64,000 nucleotides of DNA from Cyclobacteriaceae bacterium (GTDB taxonomy: Bacteria > Bacteroidota > Bacteroidia > Cytophagales > Cyclobacteriaceae), in the NCBI GenBank assembly GCA_039971015.1, contig JBDVKV010000024.1:1171-65170 (forward strand), written 5' to 3'. The notes under the pieces were generated by a model. That model saw only the letters and a list, made by a program, of their open reading frames with translations, was not told where the DNA came from and searched no databases. Each line of letters opens with the position of its first letter. Position 1 is the stretch's first letter. Positions 37,961 through 47,615 of the stretch are shown here, one piece after another. Made by a program: the position numbers and the translations under genes.

Positions 37961-40684
37961 ATGTGCATAAACGCCCGTGGTTTACTACTTATCGGAGCAC
38001 TTCTCCTCTGTCTTCCGACTTATAGTCAAGTCATCAGTGATTTTAGTGGTGGTATAGAAAGCTGGACTGCAGCTGGGTCATTAGGAGATTTAGTTAGCCA
38101 CATTCCATCAGGAGGAAATCCGGGTGGTTATATTTCTGCAACTCCTACCTGGACTGGAACTATAGGTGTGTTCCCTGTTTATTTCTACTTTTCAGCTCCA
38201 ACTAAATTTCTTGGAAATTTTAGCTCTTACTATAATGGTAACATTACTTTTGATTTAAGACAAGGTGTATTGACCACCGCTGTTGTAAGACCGGAAGTAA
38301 TTCTTTCCGATGGCATTACTCCTCTATACTATTTCCCCCCTACTCCTTTCAATCCTCCAACAAGTGGATGGACAACATACTCTGTTACGCTAAGTTCCTC
38401 CTCAGGTTATTGGAAAACAACGAATAGCGATACTGGACCCGCAGCAACTGCTCTCCAGATTCAAACTGTACTATCAAACATTACAATTTTTGCAATTCGT
38501 GGAAGATTTAATTCTGTTGCATCACCACCAGCAACAAGTCTGGATAATGTAGTTCTTCAGCCCTTGATCAGCATTATTACTCAACCTACCTCACAATCTG
38601 TATGCGCAGGAACAAACGCTGTACTTAATACCGCAGCAACTGGTAATAGTAATATTGGTTATAACTGGCAAATATTCAATATAGCAACCGGTGGTTATGT
38701 TGATTTGACCAATACTGGAATTTACTCAGGGGTCACCAGCACCTCTTTCACTATCAATACTGTGGGAGGTGCCGGGGCTGGTACGTACAGGTGCAGAGTT
38801 TCAGGAACCAACACACCCAATGCATTTACTAATTCTGTAAACGTAACAGTTAACACTGTCCCTTCAGCACCTGGCACCACCGGGAACTCTGCTTGTGGCT
38901 CTTCTGCCATTACACTCAACGCATCAGGTGGTTCGGCAGGACAATACAGATGGTATACCGTACCAACTGGAGGTACTCCAATAGGTGGTCAAACCAATAG
39001 CACATACACAACTCCCGTTATCGCAACAACCACAACCTATTATGTGAGCATCAATAATGGGACATGCGAAAGTACAAGAACATCCGTCACCGCAACTATT
39101 AATACCATCCCAACTGCTCCCACCACAACAGGAAATGCTTCTTGTGGTTCTGCTGCCGTTACACTTAACGCATCGGGAGGCTCTGCAGGACAGTACAGAT
39201 GGTATACCGTACCAACTGGAGGAACTCCAATAAGCGGTCAAACCAATAGCGCATACACTACCCCAGTGATCACAACTACCACAACCTACTATGTGAGCAT
39301 CAACAATGGAGCATGTGAAAGCGCGAGAACATCAGTTGTTGCAACAATTAATTCCATCCCTACCCCTCCCGGTACAACAGGAAACTCTTCTTGTGGGCCA
39401 GCTGCCGTGACTCTTAACGCATCGGGTGGTTCGGCAGGACAGTACAGATGGTATACCGTACCAACCGGAGGTACTCCAATAGGTGGTCAAACCAATAACA
39501 CATACACAACACCCGTCATTGCAGGAACAACAACTTATTACGTGAGCATCAACAATGGAACTTGCGAAAGTACAAGAACATCCGTCACCGCAACTATTAA
39601 CACCATCCCAACTGCTCCCAGCACAACAGGAAATGCTTCTTGTGGCTCGGCTGCCGTGACTCTTAACGTATCGGGTGGTTCGGCAGGACAATACAGATGG
39701 TATACTGTAGCAACTGGAGGAACTCCAATAAGCGGTCAAACCAATAGTACGTACACTACCCCTGTAATTGCATCAACAACAACCTACTATGTGAGTATTG
39801 AGGATGGAACTTGCGAAAGTACAAGAATGCCTGCGATTGCAACTATCAACGCAATACCCGCTTCACCTAATGTAACGGGTGCCAGCAGTTGTACCCCAGC
39901 TCAATTAACCCTCACTGCATCTGGAACTAGTGATGGTAACTACCTTTGGTATGATTTACCCACTGGAGGCAATGCTATTGGAGGCGAGGTGAATTCCACT
40001 TTCACAACACCAACATTAAGTAATACAACTGATTTTTTTGTTTCGATTCATAACGGTTCATGTGAAAGTTCTCGCGTAATGGTAACCGCAACTATTGGCG
40101 GGACAGCTTGTACCAACAACCCCCCAGCCATTGCCGCCTCCAGTCAATCCACAACTATTGAAGGTATGGTAACCTTAAATTTACTTGACCTTATCAGTGA
40201 TGCAGACGATAACCTTGACCCAAGTACTCTGAAAATAACTACACAGCCTGCCAGTGGTGCTGCTGCACAAATAAACAACGGCATTCTGACCGTTAACTAT
40301 TCAGGTTTAGATTTTACCGGTCAAGACAAAATTAGCATTGAGGTTTGCGACCTTCTTGGTAGTTGTTCAGAACAGGAGTTTATTATTGAAGTAATGGGCG
40401 AACTCCAGATTTACAATGGTATGTCCCCTAACAATGATCCGTATAACAACAAATGGATTATAAGCAACATTGCTTCACTACCAGACACACGATCCAACCA
40501 TGTTAGCATTTTTAACAGATGGGGTGATGTGGTTTTTGAAATCGATAATTATGACAACGAAGATCGAGCCTTCATTGGTATAAGTAACAATGGGAAGGAG
40601 CTTGGAGGTGGCGTTTACTTCTACAAAATCGAGTTCACGAGCGGTCGAAAAACGATAACAGGTTATTTAACGGTTAAGAAATAA
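37961..40684 (+). CDS. T9SS-secreted adhesin: laminin-B-like + Ig + 5 Ig_7-like repeats + Big_9-like + type-B CTD (CHU_C)
   Basis: Signal peptide; YFSAPTKFLGNFSSYYNGNITFDL (laminin IV/B-like); ITQPTSQSVC...YRCRV (Ig); 83-aa repeats; CTD IYNGMSPNND...IFNRWG...GVYFY...GYLTV. Confidence 0.88.
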   Translation: MCINARGLLLIGALLLCLPTYSQVISDFSGGIESWTAAGSLGDLVSHIPSGGNPGGYISATPTWTGTIGVFPVYFYFSAPTKFLGNFSSYYNGNITFDLRQGVLTTAVVRPEVILSDGITPLYYFPPTPFNPPTSGWTTYSVTLSSSSGYWKTTNSDTGPAATALQIQTVLSNITIFAIRGRFNSVASPPATSLDNVVLQPLISIITQPTSQSVCAGTNAVLNTAATGNSNIGYNWQIFNIATGGYVDLTNTGIYSGVTSTSFTINTVGGAGAGTYRCRVSGTNTPNAFTNSVNVTVNTVPSAPGTTGNSACGSSAITLNASGGSAGQYRWYTVPTGGTPIGGQTNSTYTTPVIATTTTYYVSINNGTCESTRTSVTATINTIPTAPTTTGNASCGSAAVTLNASGGSAGQYRWYTVPTGGTPISGQTNSAYTTPVITTTTTYYVSINNGACESARTSVVATINSIPTPPGTTGNSSCGPAAVTLNASGGSAGQYRWYTVPTGGTPIGGQTNNTYTTPVIAGTTTYYVSINNGTCESTRTSVTATINTIPTAPSTTGNASCGSAAVTLNVSGGSAGQYRWYTVATGGTPISGQTNSTYTTPVIASTTTYYVSIEDGTCESTRMPAIATINAIPASPNVTGASSCTPAQLTLTASGTSDGNYLWYDLPTGGNAIGGEVNSTFTTPTLSNTTDFFVSIHNGSCESSRVMVTATIGGTACTNNPPAIAASSQSTTIEGMVTLNLLDLISDADDNLDPSTLKITTQPASGAAAQINNGILTVNYSGLDFTGQDKISIEVCDLLGSCSEQEFIIEVMGELQIYNGMSPNNDPYNNKWIISNIASLPDTRSNHVSIFNRWGDVVFEIDNYDNEDRAFIGISNNGKELGGGVYFYKIEFTSGRKTITGYLTVKK
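38858..40102 (+). repeat. Five in-frame 249-bp tandem repeats (four near-identical, fifth diverged)
   Basis: Units start at 38858, 39107, 39356, 39605 and 39854. The shared core ggacaRtacagatggta recurs every 249 nt in units 1-4. Confidence 0.92.
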
Positions 40685-40689
40685 GCGTG

Positions 40690-41736
40690 CTATTTTAAAA
40701 CAGCCACTTTCTTCAGAATCGCTTTGTTAATGCTTTTAGCAATCCCAGGCCCTTCATAGATAAACCCGGTATAGACCTGGATTAAATCAGCACCTGCATT
40801 CAGTTTATCAAGAGCGTCTTGTGGGTTCATAATTCCACCTACGCCAATAATGGGATAAGTCGCTCCAAGATTATTGCGCAAATAGCCAATCACTTCGGTA
40901 GATCTTTCGGTTAATGGCTTACCACTCAATCCTCCCATTCCCAGAGCTGCTACCTCAGTGTCTGATGTGGCCAAGCCATCTCGGCTGATGGTAGTGTTGG
41001 TAGCAATCACACCATCCGTCTTCGTTGTTTTTAATATCTCAATAATATCATTCAGTTGATCTGTATTCAAGTCAGGCGCGATCTTCAATAAAACAGGTTT
41101 CGACTTTGTTTTTTCGTTGCTCAACTTCTTGACGTGCAACATCAATTGCGTCAGGGGCTCCTTATCCTGCAATTCCCTAAGACCTGGTGTATTCGGTGAA
41201 CTCACATTGACAACAAAGTAATCTACATAAGGGTACAGTGCCTCGAAACATAATCCGTAATCAGAAAATGCCGCTTCATTAGGCGTAACTTTATTTTTAC
41301 CAATATTCCCCCCTACAATTATTTTAGAATTTCTTTTTCTTAATCTTTTTACCGCAGCCTCTACCCCCTCATTATTAAAACCCATCCGGTTGATCAATGC
41401 CTGATCTTTTGGCAATCGAAACAATCTTGGCTTATCGTTACCAGGTTGTGGACGAGGTGTCAGAGTGCCTATCTCAATAAAACCAAATCCAAAACAGGCC
41501 AACTCATCAATGAGTTTAGCGTCTTTGTCAAACCCAGCAGCCAAACCAACAGGATTTGCAAATTTTAACCCAAACAATTCTTTTTCAAGCTTGTTGTTTT
41601 TGTAGTTAAACAATGCATTTAAAAAAGGTTTAAATCCCGGAATGTTACCCTTGAGCATCAACACCTTGAAAACAAAATGATGAATGGCTTCAGGATCAAA
41701 CAGGAACAAAAAAGGTCGGACGAAAAATTTATACAT
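40690..41736 (-). CDS. pyrD: Dihydroorotate dehydrogenase (quinone), type 2
   Basis: [45 protein letters not shown] and GGLSGKP. Confidence 0.96.
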   Translation of the reverse strand: MYKFFVRPFLFLFDPEAIHHFVFKVLMLKGNIPGFKPFLNALFNYKNNKLEKELFGLKFANPVGLAAGFDKDAKLIDELACFGFGFIEIGTLTPRPQPGNDKPRLFRLPKDQALINRMGFNNEGVEAAVKRLRKRNSKIIVGGNIGKNKVTPNEAAFSDYGLCFEALYPYVDYFVVNVSSPNTPGLRELQDKEPLTQLMLHVKKLSNEKTKSKPVLLKIAPDLNTDQLNDIIEILKTTKTDGVIATNTTISRDGLATSDTEVAALGMGGLSGKPLTERSTEVIGYLRNNLGATYPIIGVGGIMNPQDALDKLNAGADLIQVYTGFIYEGPGIAKSINKAILKKVAVLK

Positions 41737-41769
41737 CAATCATGCAGGAATTGCGCAAAGGTAACAGGA

Positions 41770-42666
41770 TTAACTTCTTGGATGAAATTCCTGGATCACT
41801 TGTCTCAAATAATCGCGATCCAGATGGGTGTAAATTTCTGTAGTGGTAATGGACTCGTGCCCGAGCATTTCCTGAACTGCGCGCAAGTCCGCACCACCCT
41901 CAATGAGATGTGTAGCAAAAGAATGGCGAAAGGTGTGAGGACTGATTGTTTTTTTTAGCCCGATTTTCGCTGCTAATCCCTTTATGATGGTAAAGACCAT
42001 TACGCGTGTCAATTTCTTTCCCCTGCGGTTGAGAAACATATAACTTTCAAAATCTTTTTGCACAGGTACATGTACCCTGATTTGCTCTTTATAAATTTTA
42101 AGAAACTTCAGGGCATCTTTACCCACCGGAACAAGCCGTTCTTTGTTGCCCTTACCTACTACCCTCAAAAACCCCACATCGAAATACACATTGTTAATCC
42201 GTAAGTCAACCAGCTCTGTAACACGAAGCCCAGAACTATAGAGTACTTCCAACATGGCTCTGTTCCTGCCTCCTTCAGGTGAAGACATATCAATGGCTTC
42301 AAGAAGTTGTTCTATTTCCATATAGCTCAGCGTATCAGGAAGCTTTCTGCCTAACTTTGGCCCCTCTATCAATTCAGTAGGATCCTTGTCCAGCAACTCT
42401 TCATAAATTAAGTATTTGTAAAAGGCTTTTACACCAGAAAGAATCCTTGCCTGACTATGGGCACTCATACCCAGTTCATTAACGTAAGTAAGGAATGCTT
42501 GTAAATGTTTGGAAGTAATCCTTAGTGGAGATAATCCTTTAAGATTCATTTCAACAAACTGATGTAGCTTTTCAATATCGCGAACGTAGGCCTCAATGGA
42601 ATTACCGGAAAGAGATCTTTCTAGTTTTAGGTAATTACTAAAATGCTTGATATGAACCTCCCACAT
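41770..42666 (-). CDS. xerD: Site-specific tyrosine recombinase XerD
   Basis: ERSLSGNSIEAY, LYSSGLRVTEL, GKGNKERLVP, HTFRHSFATHL and LGHESITTTEIY. Confidence 0.92.
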   Translation of the reverse strand: MWEVHIKHFSNYLKLERSLSGNSIEAYVRDIEKLHQFVEMNLKGLSPLRITSKHLQAFLTYVNELGMSAHSQARILSGVKAFYKYLIYEELLDKDPTELIEGPKLGRKLPDTLSYMEIEQLLEAIDMSSPEGGRNRAMLEVLYSSGLRVTELVDLRINNVYFDVGFLRVVGKGNKERLVPVGKDALKFLKIYKEQIRVHVPVQKDFESYMFLNRRGKKLTRVMVFTIIKGLAAKIGLKKTISPHTFRHSFATHLIEGGADLRAVQEMLGHESITTTEIYTHLDRDYLRQVIQEFHPRS

Positions 42667-42759
42667 GTTAGTCAAAATTCAAGATTCATTGCACAGAAAA
42701 CAAATTTGTCCTCATCTCCCTTTTTTGCTTCGTAATTACATACCCGTTATCTTTCCAAA

Positions 42760-43185
42760 ATGAAAATCCAGGTAATCAACGGCCCCAACCTTAATCTATT
42801 AGGAACACGCGAAAAGTCCATCTATGGCGATCAGACCTTTGAAGATTATCTGGAAAAATTAAAAAAACGATTTTCAGAAATTAGCATTGATTATTATCAA
42901 TCTAATGTGGAAGGCGAGATCATAAACAAACTTCATGAAGTAGGATTCTCTTATGATGGGATAGTACTTAATGCAGGCGCTTACACCCATACCTCCATTG
43001 CGATCCATGATGCGATTGGGTCAATCACTACCAAAGTGGCAGAAGTTCACATTTCCAATTTACATGCGCGTGAAGAATACAGACACAAAAGTCTAATAAC
43101 CTCTAAATGCGTTGGGCTCATTACGGGATTTGGAATGGAAGGCTACGCAATGGCCATTCAATATTTTATTTCCAAAACAATTTAA
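42760..43185 (+). CDS. aroQ: Type II 3-dehydroquinate dehydratase
   Basis: INGPNLNLLGTRE, QSNVEGE, NAGAYTHTS and EVHISN...REEYRH. Confidence 0.97.
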   Translation: MKIQVINGPNLNLLGTREKSIYGDQTFEDYLEKLKKRFSEISIDYYQSNVEGEIINKLHEVGFSYDGIVLNAGAYTHTSIAIHDAIGSITTKVAEVHISNLHAREEYRHKSLITSKCVGLITGFGMEGYAMAIQYFISKTI

Positions 43186-43292
43186 TAATTCAAATCTCGG
43201 GCTGCATAAAAAAGCTACCCCTTAAATAAGTTCCATTGCCAATGGTCCAAAAGTTATTTTCTTGGGCCAAAATTAAAATTGAACCAAAAAGC

Positions 43293-44060
43293 ATGTATAG
43301 GAATCTTTTTATCACCATTATCCTTATTACGAGTTTGTCCCCGGCTGCGTGGTCACAAAAAAACATCATCGATCAAAACAATGGTTGGTACATGTATTTT
43401 GGCAACCACAAGCTGTCTGATAAATACAGTCTTCACACAGAATACCAGTGGCGAAGAGATGAGGTGATTAAGAATTGGCAACAATCACTAACCAGAATTG
43501 GAATTGATTACAAAATGGCACCTTCAGTGATTGTTACTGCAGGATATGGCTACATTGTCACACATCCCTATGGGGAACAACCCGTGGCTTTCAAATTTCA
43601 TGAGCATCGCATTTGGGAGCAATTAATTCTCAATCAAAATGTGGGTCGGTTTTACTTTAATCATCGGTTCAGACTGGAGCAACGCTACATCGAAAACAGA
43701 ATTGATGATGGATCAGGCGGCTCAAGCAAAGATGGGTATACCCACAAAAAGAGAGCGCGGTATCGGTTTATGGTAAACATACCAATTAACAAACCTACCA
43801 TGGAGAAAGGTGCATTCTTTGCAAGTATATATGATGAGGTATTTATACAATACGGGCCAAACTTTGGAATAAATTACCTGGACCAAAACAGACTGTATGG
43901 TGCAATCGGCTATGTGCTTGCGCCCAATGCACAGGTGCAGGTAGGATACCTCAACCAATACGTTATAAAAGGCAACGCAGTGGATGTGGAAAATAATCAC
44001 ACGCTCCAGGTTTCACTCACTTACCATTTTGACTTCAGCAAGAAGAAAACAGAAGATTAA
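43293..44060 (+). CDS. DUF2490 outer-membrane beta-barrel
   Basis: WYMYFGN, EYQWR, EHRIWEQL, HRFRLEQR, RARYR, DEVF and QNRLY. Start moved to ATG 43293. Confidence 0.88.
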   Translation: MYRNLFITIILITSLSPAAWSQKNIIDQNNGWYMYFGNHKLSDKYSLHTEYQWRRDEVIKNWQQSLTRIGIDYKMAPSVIVTAGYGYIVTHPYGEQPVAFKFHEHRIWEQLILNQNVGRFYFNHRFRLEQRYIENRIDDGSGGSSKDGYTHKKRARYRFMVNIPINKPTMEKGAFFASIYDEVFIQYGPNFGINYLDQNRLYGAIGYVLAPNAQVQVGYLNQYVIKGNAVDVENNHTLQVSLTYHFDFSKKKTED

Positions 44061-44109
44061 GTTATCCCGAGTCGATAATTGTTAATTTTGCGGATTAACA
44101 TTCATCAAC

Positions 44110-44688
44110 ATGGGTATATTTAGTTTTACAGAAGTATTTTCAGTTACCCTCATCCTGTTTTCTGTCATAGATATTTTAGGGGCAATACCCTTAATCATGG
44201 TTATAAAAAAACGGGATGGGAGAATTTATGCAGAAAAAGCTACTATAATTTCTGCCGTACTCATGGTCCTTTTTCTATTCTTAGGACAATCCATATTGAT
44301 GCTTTTTGGATTGGACGTGGCCTCATTTGCGTTGGCGGGCGCTATCGTCATCTTTATAGTGGCTATGGAAATGATATTGGGCATAACGCTTATCAAAGAT
44401 GACCCGGAAGCAGGTGGGTCTGGCTCAGTGGTACCTTTGGCTTTTCCCTTGATCGCTGGAGCCGGAACATTAACAACCATTCTATCTTTAAGAGCTGTCT
44501 ATTCTGAAATTAATGTACTGATAGGTATTCTTGTCAATCTTGTATTTGTTTATATAGTCCTTCGTCTTTCCGGCTGGTTAGAAAGGGTAATTGGAAAATC
44601 GGGTTTTGAGGTTTTAAGAAGGGTATTCGGAGTCATCCTTTTGGCCATTGCCGTTAAAATCTTCAAATCAAATTTAGTTTCAGTTTAA
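44110..44688 (+). CDS. MarC-family membrane protein
   Basis: LFSVIDILG, VPLAFPLIAGAGTLTT and RVFGVILLAIAV; preceded by TAATTTTG (44083-44090). Confidence 0.92.
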   Translation: MGIFSFTEVFSVTLILFSVIDILGAIPLIMVIKKRDGRIYAEKATIISAVLMVLFLFLGQSILMLFGLDVASFALAGAIVIFIVAMEMILGITLIKDDPEAGGSGSVVPLAFPLIAGAGTLTTILSLRAVYSEINVLIGILVNLVFVYIVLRLSGWLERVIGKSGFEVLRRVFGVILLAIAVKIFKSNLVSV

Positions 44689-44711
44689 AGTTCAGTTTCT
44701 CCTTCAATTAC

Positions 44712-45167
44712 ATGATTCAAATTTTTACAGATGGTGCCGCACAAGGAAACCCTGGTCCGGGGGGGTTCGGAACAATTCTTCGTTACGGCAAACACGAGAA
44801 AGAACTCAGTGAAGGATTTCGGTTAACCACCAATAACCGGATGGAATTGTTGGCTGTAATAGTGGGGTTGGAGTCTATAAAAAAGAGCGGTATTCCAGTG
44901 GTGGTGATTTCAGATTCCAAATACGTAGTCGAGGCTGTAGAAAAAGGATGGATATGGAATTGGGAGAAGAACAATTTTAAAAAGAAGGCCAATCCAGACT
45001 TATGGAAAAGATTTATCCCTCTTTATCACAAATACAAACCCAAGTTCAAGTGGATAAAAGGACATGCTGGGCATGCCGAGAATGAGCGCTGTGATCAACT
45101 GGCGGTAGACGCAGCACAAGGTTACGACCTTAAGATAGATGCGGAGTACGAAAATTTGAAAGCTTAG
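44712..45167 (+). CDS. rnhA: Ribonuclease HI
   Basis: FTDGAAQGNPGPGG, TTNNRMEL, SDSKYV and WIKGHAGHAENERCDQLA. Confidence 0.97.
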   Translation: MIQIFTDGAAQGNPGPGGFGTILRYGKHEKELSEGFRLTTNNRMELLAVIVGLESIKKSGIPVVVISDSKYVVEAVEKGWIWNWEKNNFKKKANPDLWKRFIPLYHKYKPKFKWIKGHAGHAENERCDQLAVDAAQGYDLKIDAEYENLKA

Positions 45168-46510
45168 TCCAACACCCGTTCTACTTCATCAGCATGAATC
45201 CCCAGTGTTTTCAGCTCCTTTAAAATTGGATCATACAATTCTTTACTGACTGGTATGCAAACACCTCTTTGAGTAATCTTACCCTCCAGAAAAAGCCTGC
45301 ATGCAATTGCCAATGGTAACCCAACTCCTTTTGCCATAGCGGTATGCACTGCATCATCGCCAAGCATGATTAAGTAAGACTGAATTTCATGTGTCTTCTG
45401 ATTCAATTCATAGGTAAACCTATGCCACATCACAACCATGTCTTTATCTTCCGGCTCCAGTTTCCACTTCTTATTTAATATCACTTCCAATATTTGCGCA
45501 GGTGTTCCTTCGTTAAGGCCGACCAAGTCCCGATCAAAAAAACCAGACCATTTCAACTTTTTCATTTCTTCGCTTGACTCACCCAAACCAAATCGTGATA
45601 TAAGTTTTTCTTCCACCATCTCCACATCATCATAGGGCGAAAAAGAATTGATGAAATCACGATGTGACATTTTACTTACTCCCTCCATCTGGTAGGTGTC
45701 ATCAGTGCATCCCAATTGCACCAAAATATTCCAGGCAGAACAAAATCCTTCATTCCTTAAGGTACCACGCAACATGGTTTTTACACCCTTCAAACCATAG
45801 GTATCCAAATATTTTAAAGAGTCTCGGTTCGCATAACCCTGAAAATTTCCATAACCAGGTATATGAACATTCGTTGTACGCGTAAATAATCTTTGGTAGG
45901 GGATGAATTTATATTGATTCTCCTGTAAAAATTTTGCTACCCCTTGCCCTGCCATCACAACATTGCGGGGGTTCCAGGTGAATTTATACCTCCAAGGATT
46001 ATCAGGATCGGTTTCAGGGGCTATCAACCCGCCCGCAAAAGATTCAAAAGACAACACCTTGCCACCTTTTGCTTTTATTCCGTCAATTACCTCCATGGCG
46101 CTCATATGGTCAATCCCCGGATCAAGACCACATTCATTCATAAAAAGAAGACCTTTAGACTTTGCCTCCTCATGGAAAGAACTCATCTCATCTGAGACAT
46201 AGCTTGCATTGAAAAGGTGTTTGCCTAAAGCAAGACAATGCCTTGCTACCTTAGGATGAAAAGCTGCCGGCAACAAGGAAATAACAACATCGCATGATGC
46301 AATTACCTCCTCACACAATTCAGTTTCTTCAATATTAAAGCGGATAGCTATCCCATTCTTTGAGTTGCCAATTCTCTCCTGAGCTGACTTGATATTGAAA
46401 TCGCCCACCGTAACCATCCAGTTCCCATTGTTAGCATGATCCAGAAGGTAAGTGATCAATGCAGAAGATGATCTCCCCGCACCCAATACCAGTATTGATT
46501 TTTTTGCCAT
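45164..46510 (-). CDS. Saccharopine dehydrogenase family protein
   Basis: ILVLGAGRSS, NASY, ECGLDPGIDHMSA, YKFTWNP, YANRDSL, RGTLR and TAMAKGVG. Confidence 0.9.
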   Translation of the reverse strand: MAKKSILVLGAGRSSSALITYLLDHANNGNWMVTVGDFNIKSAQERIGNSKNGIAIRFNIEETELCEEVIASCDVVISLLPAAFHPKVARHCLALGKHLFNASYVSDEMSSFHEEAKSKGLLFMNECGLDPGIDHMSAMEVIDGIKAKGGKVLSFESFAGGLIAPETDPDNPWRYKFTWNPRNVVMAGQGVAKFLQENQYKFIPYQRLFTRTTNVHIPGYGNFQGYANRDSLKYLDTYGLKGVKTMLRGTLRNEGFCSAWNILVQLGCTDDTYQMEGVSKMSHRDFINSFSPYDDVEMVEEKLISRFGLGESSEEMKKLKWSGFFDRDLVGLNEGTPAQILEVILNKKWKLEPEDKDMVVMWHRFTYELNQKTHEIQSYLIMLGDDAVHTAMAKGVGLPLAIACRLFLEGKITQRGVCIPVSKELYDPILKELKTLGIHADEVERVLD

Positions 46511-46650
46511 TTGCATTACTATTATCAAGAGAGCAGAGAGTCAAAAACCTACTTCCTGCTCATTAAGCGCCAAATTAAAGGAATTATGTTCAAATCCTTT
46601 TTAGGAAGGTGGGTGTTTATTAACTTTAGTTGACCACCCTCCTTCATTTT

Positions 46651-47118
46651 ATGAAAGGATTATTGACCTTCGATCAAGTAGATGATTTGGACGCTGAATC
46701 TAAGTATCTAGTCCATAAGGCAAAGGATGCTGCCCAACATGCTTATGCCCCCTACTCCAAATTTCAGGTAGGTGCCGCCATTATTCTTGAAGATGATTCT
46801 TTGGTGGTAGGTAATAATCAGGAAAATGCGGCCTACCCTTTAAGTATGTGCGCTGAGCGCATTGCGCTATACACTGCAGCCTCTGCCTATCCTGGTCAAA
46901 AGGTAAAGAAGCTGGCTGTGGTAGCACATAAAAAAAATCATAAGGAGCTAACCGCTGCCACTCCTTGCGGAGGATGCAGACAGGTAATACTGGAATATGA
47001 AACACTGCAAAAGGCCCCTATACAAATTGTGATGCTTACTGAAGAATCTAAATGGACGCTATTCCCATCTGCTTCATTCTTACTACCATTCAGTTTCAAT
47101 AAGGAGAATCTTATATAA
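46651..47118 (+). CDS. cdd: Cytidine deaminase
   Basis: AYAPYSKFQVGA, NQENAAYP, CAERIA and PCGGCRQ. Confidence 0.94.
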   Translation: MKGLLTFDQVDDLDAESKYLVHKAKDAAQHAYAPYSKFQVGAAIILEDDSLVVGNNQENAAYPLSMCAERIALYTAASAYPGQKVKKLAVVAHKKNHKELTAATPCGGCRQVILEYETLQKAPIQIVMLTEESKWTLFPSASFLLPFSFNKENLI

Positions 47119-47224
47119 TATTACCTCGAATAGATGTGATAATCTTTATTAATCCGCCAATATGCTATAAATTGGGGCTAATAATTGTACTTTTTCATTC
47201 TCTTATCCTTATCATAAGAATTAA

Positions 47225-47590
47225 ATGAATCCACTAGTAATTGCGGAGACCTCCGAAACCCCCAACATTTTGATGGATAAAGCCCAAGGTAAATTTGAGG
47301 TGACAGGCAGATCACTCATTGATAACGCGAGCACTTTCTATCAACCTGTGGTGGAATGGTTAAAAGAGTATGCAAAGAAACCCAACGCTGAAACTGACAT
47401 TTCATTTAAATTTGAATACCTCAATATTGAATCTTCTAAATCCATATTGGACTTACTTACTGTTTTGGATAAAATAAAAGGTGTCACCGTCACATGGTAT
47501 TTCAACGAGGATGATGAGGACATGGAAGAGATTGGAGAAGAATTAGCCGAGCTTGTCACCATCCCATTTAAATTCGAAATTTATTCCTAA
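47225..47590 (+). CDS. SiaC-family (DUF1987) protein
   Basis: ETSETPNI...GRSL...FYQPVVEWL...FEYLN...WYFNEDDEDMEEIGEE...PF. Confidence 0.85.
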   Translation: MNPLVIAETSETPNILMDKAQGKFEVTGRSLIDNASTFYQPVVEWLKEYAKKPNAETDISFKFEYLNIESSKSILDLLTVLDKIKGVTVTWYFNEDDEDMEEIGEELAELVTIPFKFEIYS

Positions 47591-47615
47591 ACGTGCCCGC
47601 ACCTGCTAGAGTGAT

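Noticed and set aside
38858-40102. Tandem repeats as a CRISPR array or mobile element
   Set aside because: The units are 249 bp, in frame and protein-coding, with no unique spacers and no cas genes.
41770-42666. Tyrosine recombinase as a prophage or ICE integrase
   Set aside because: It has XerD length and motifs, sits between pyrD and aroQ, and has no att repeats or mobile genes nearby.
46575-46600. TTATGTTCAAAT resembling the XerD arm of a dif site
   Set aside because: Only one partial half-site, with no matching XerC arm or 6-bp spacer geometry.
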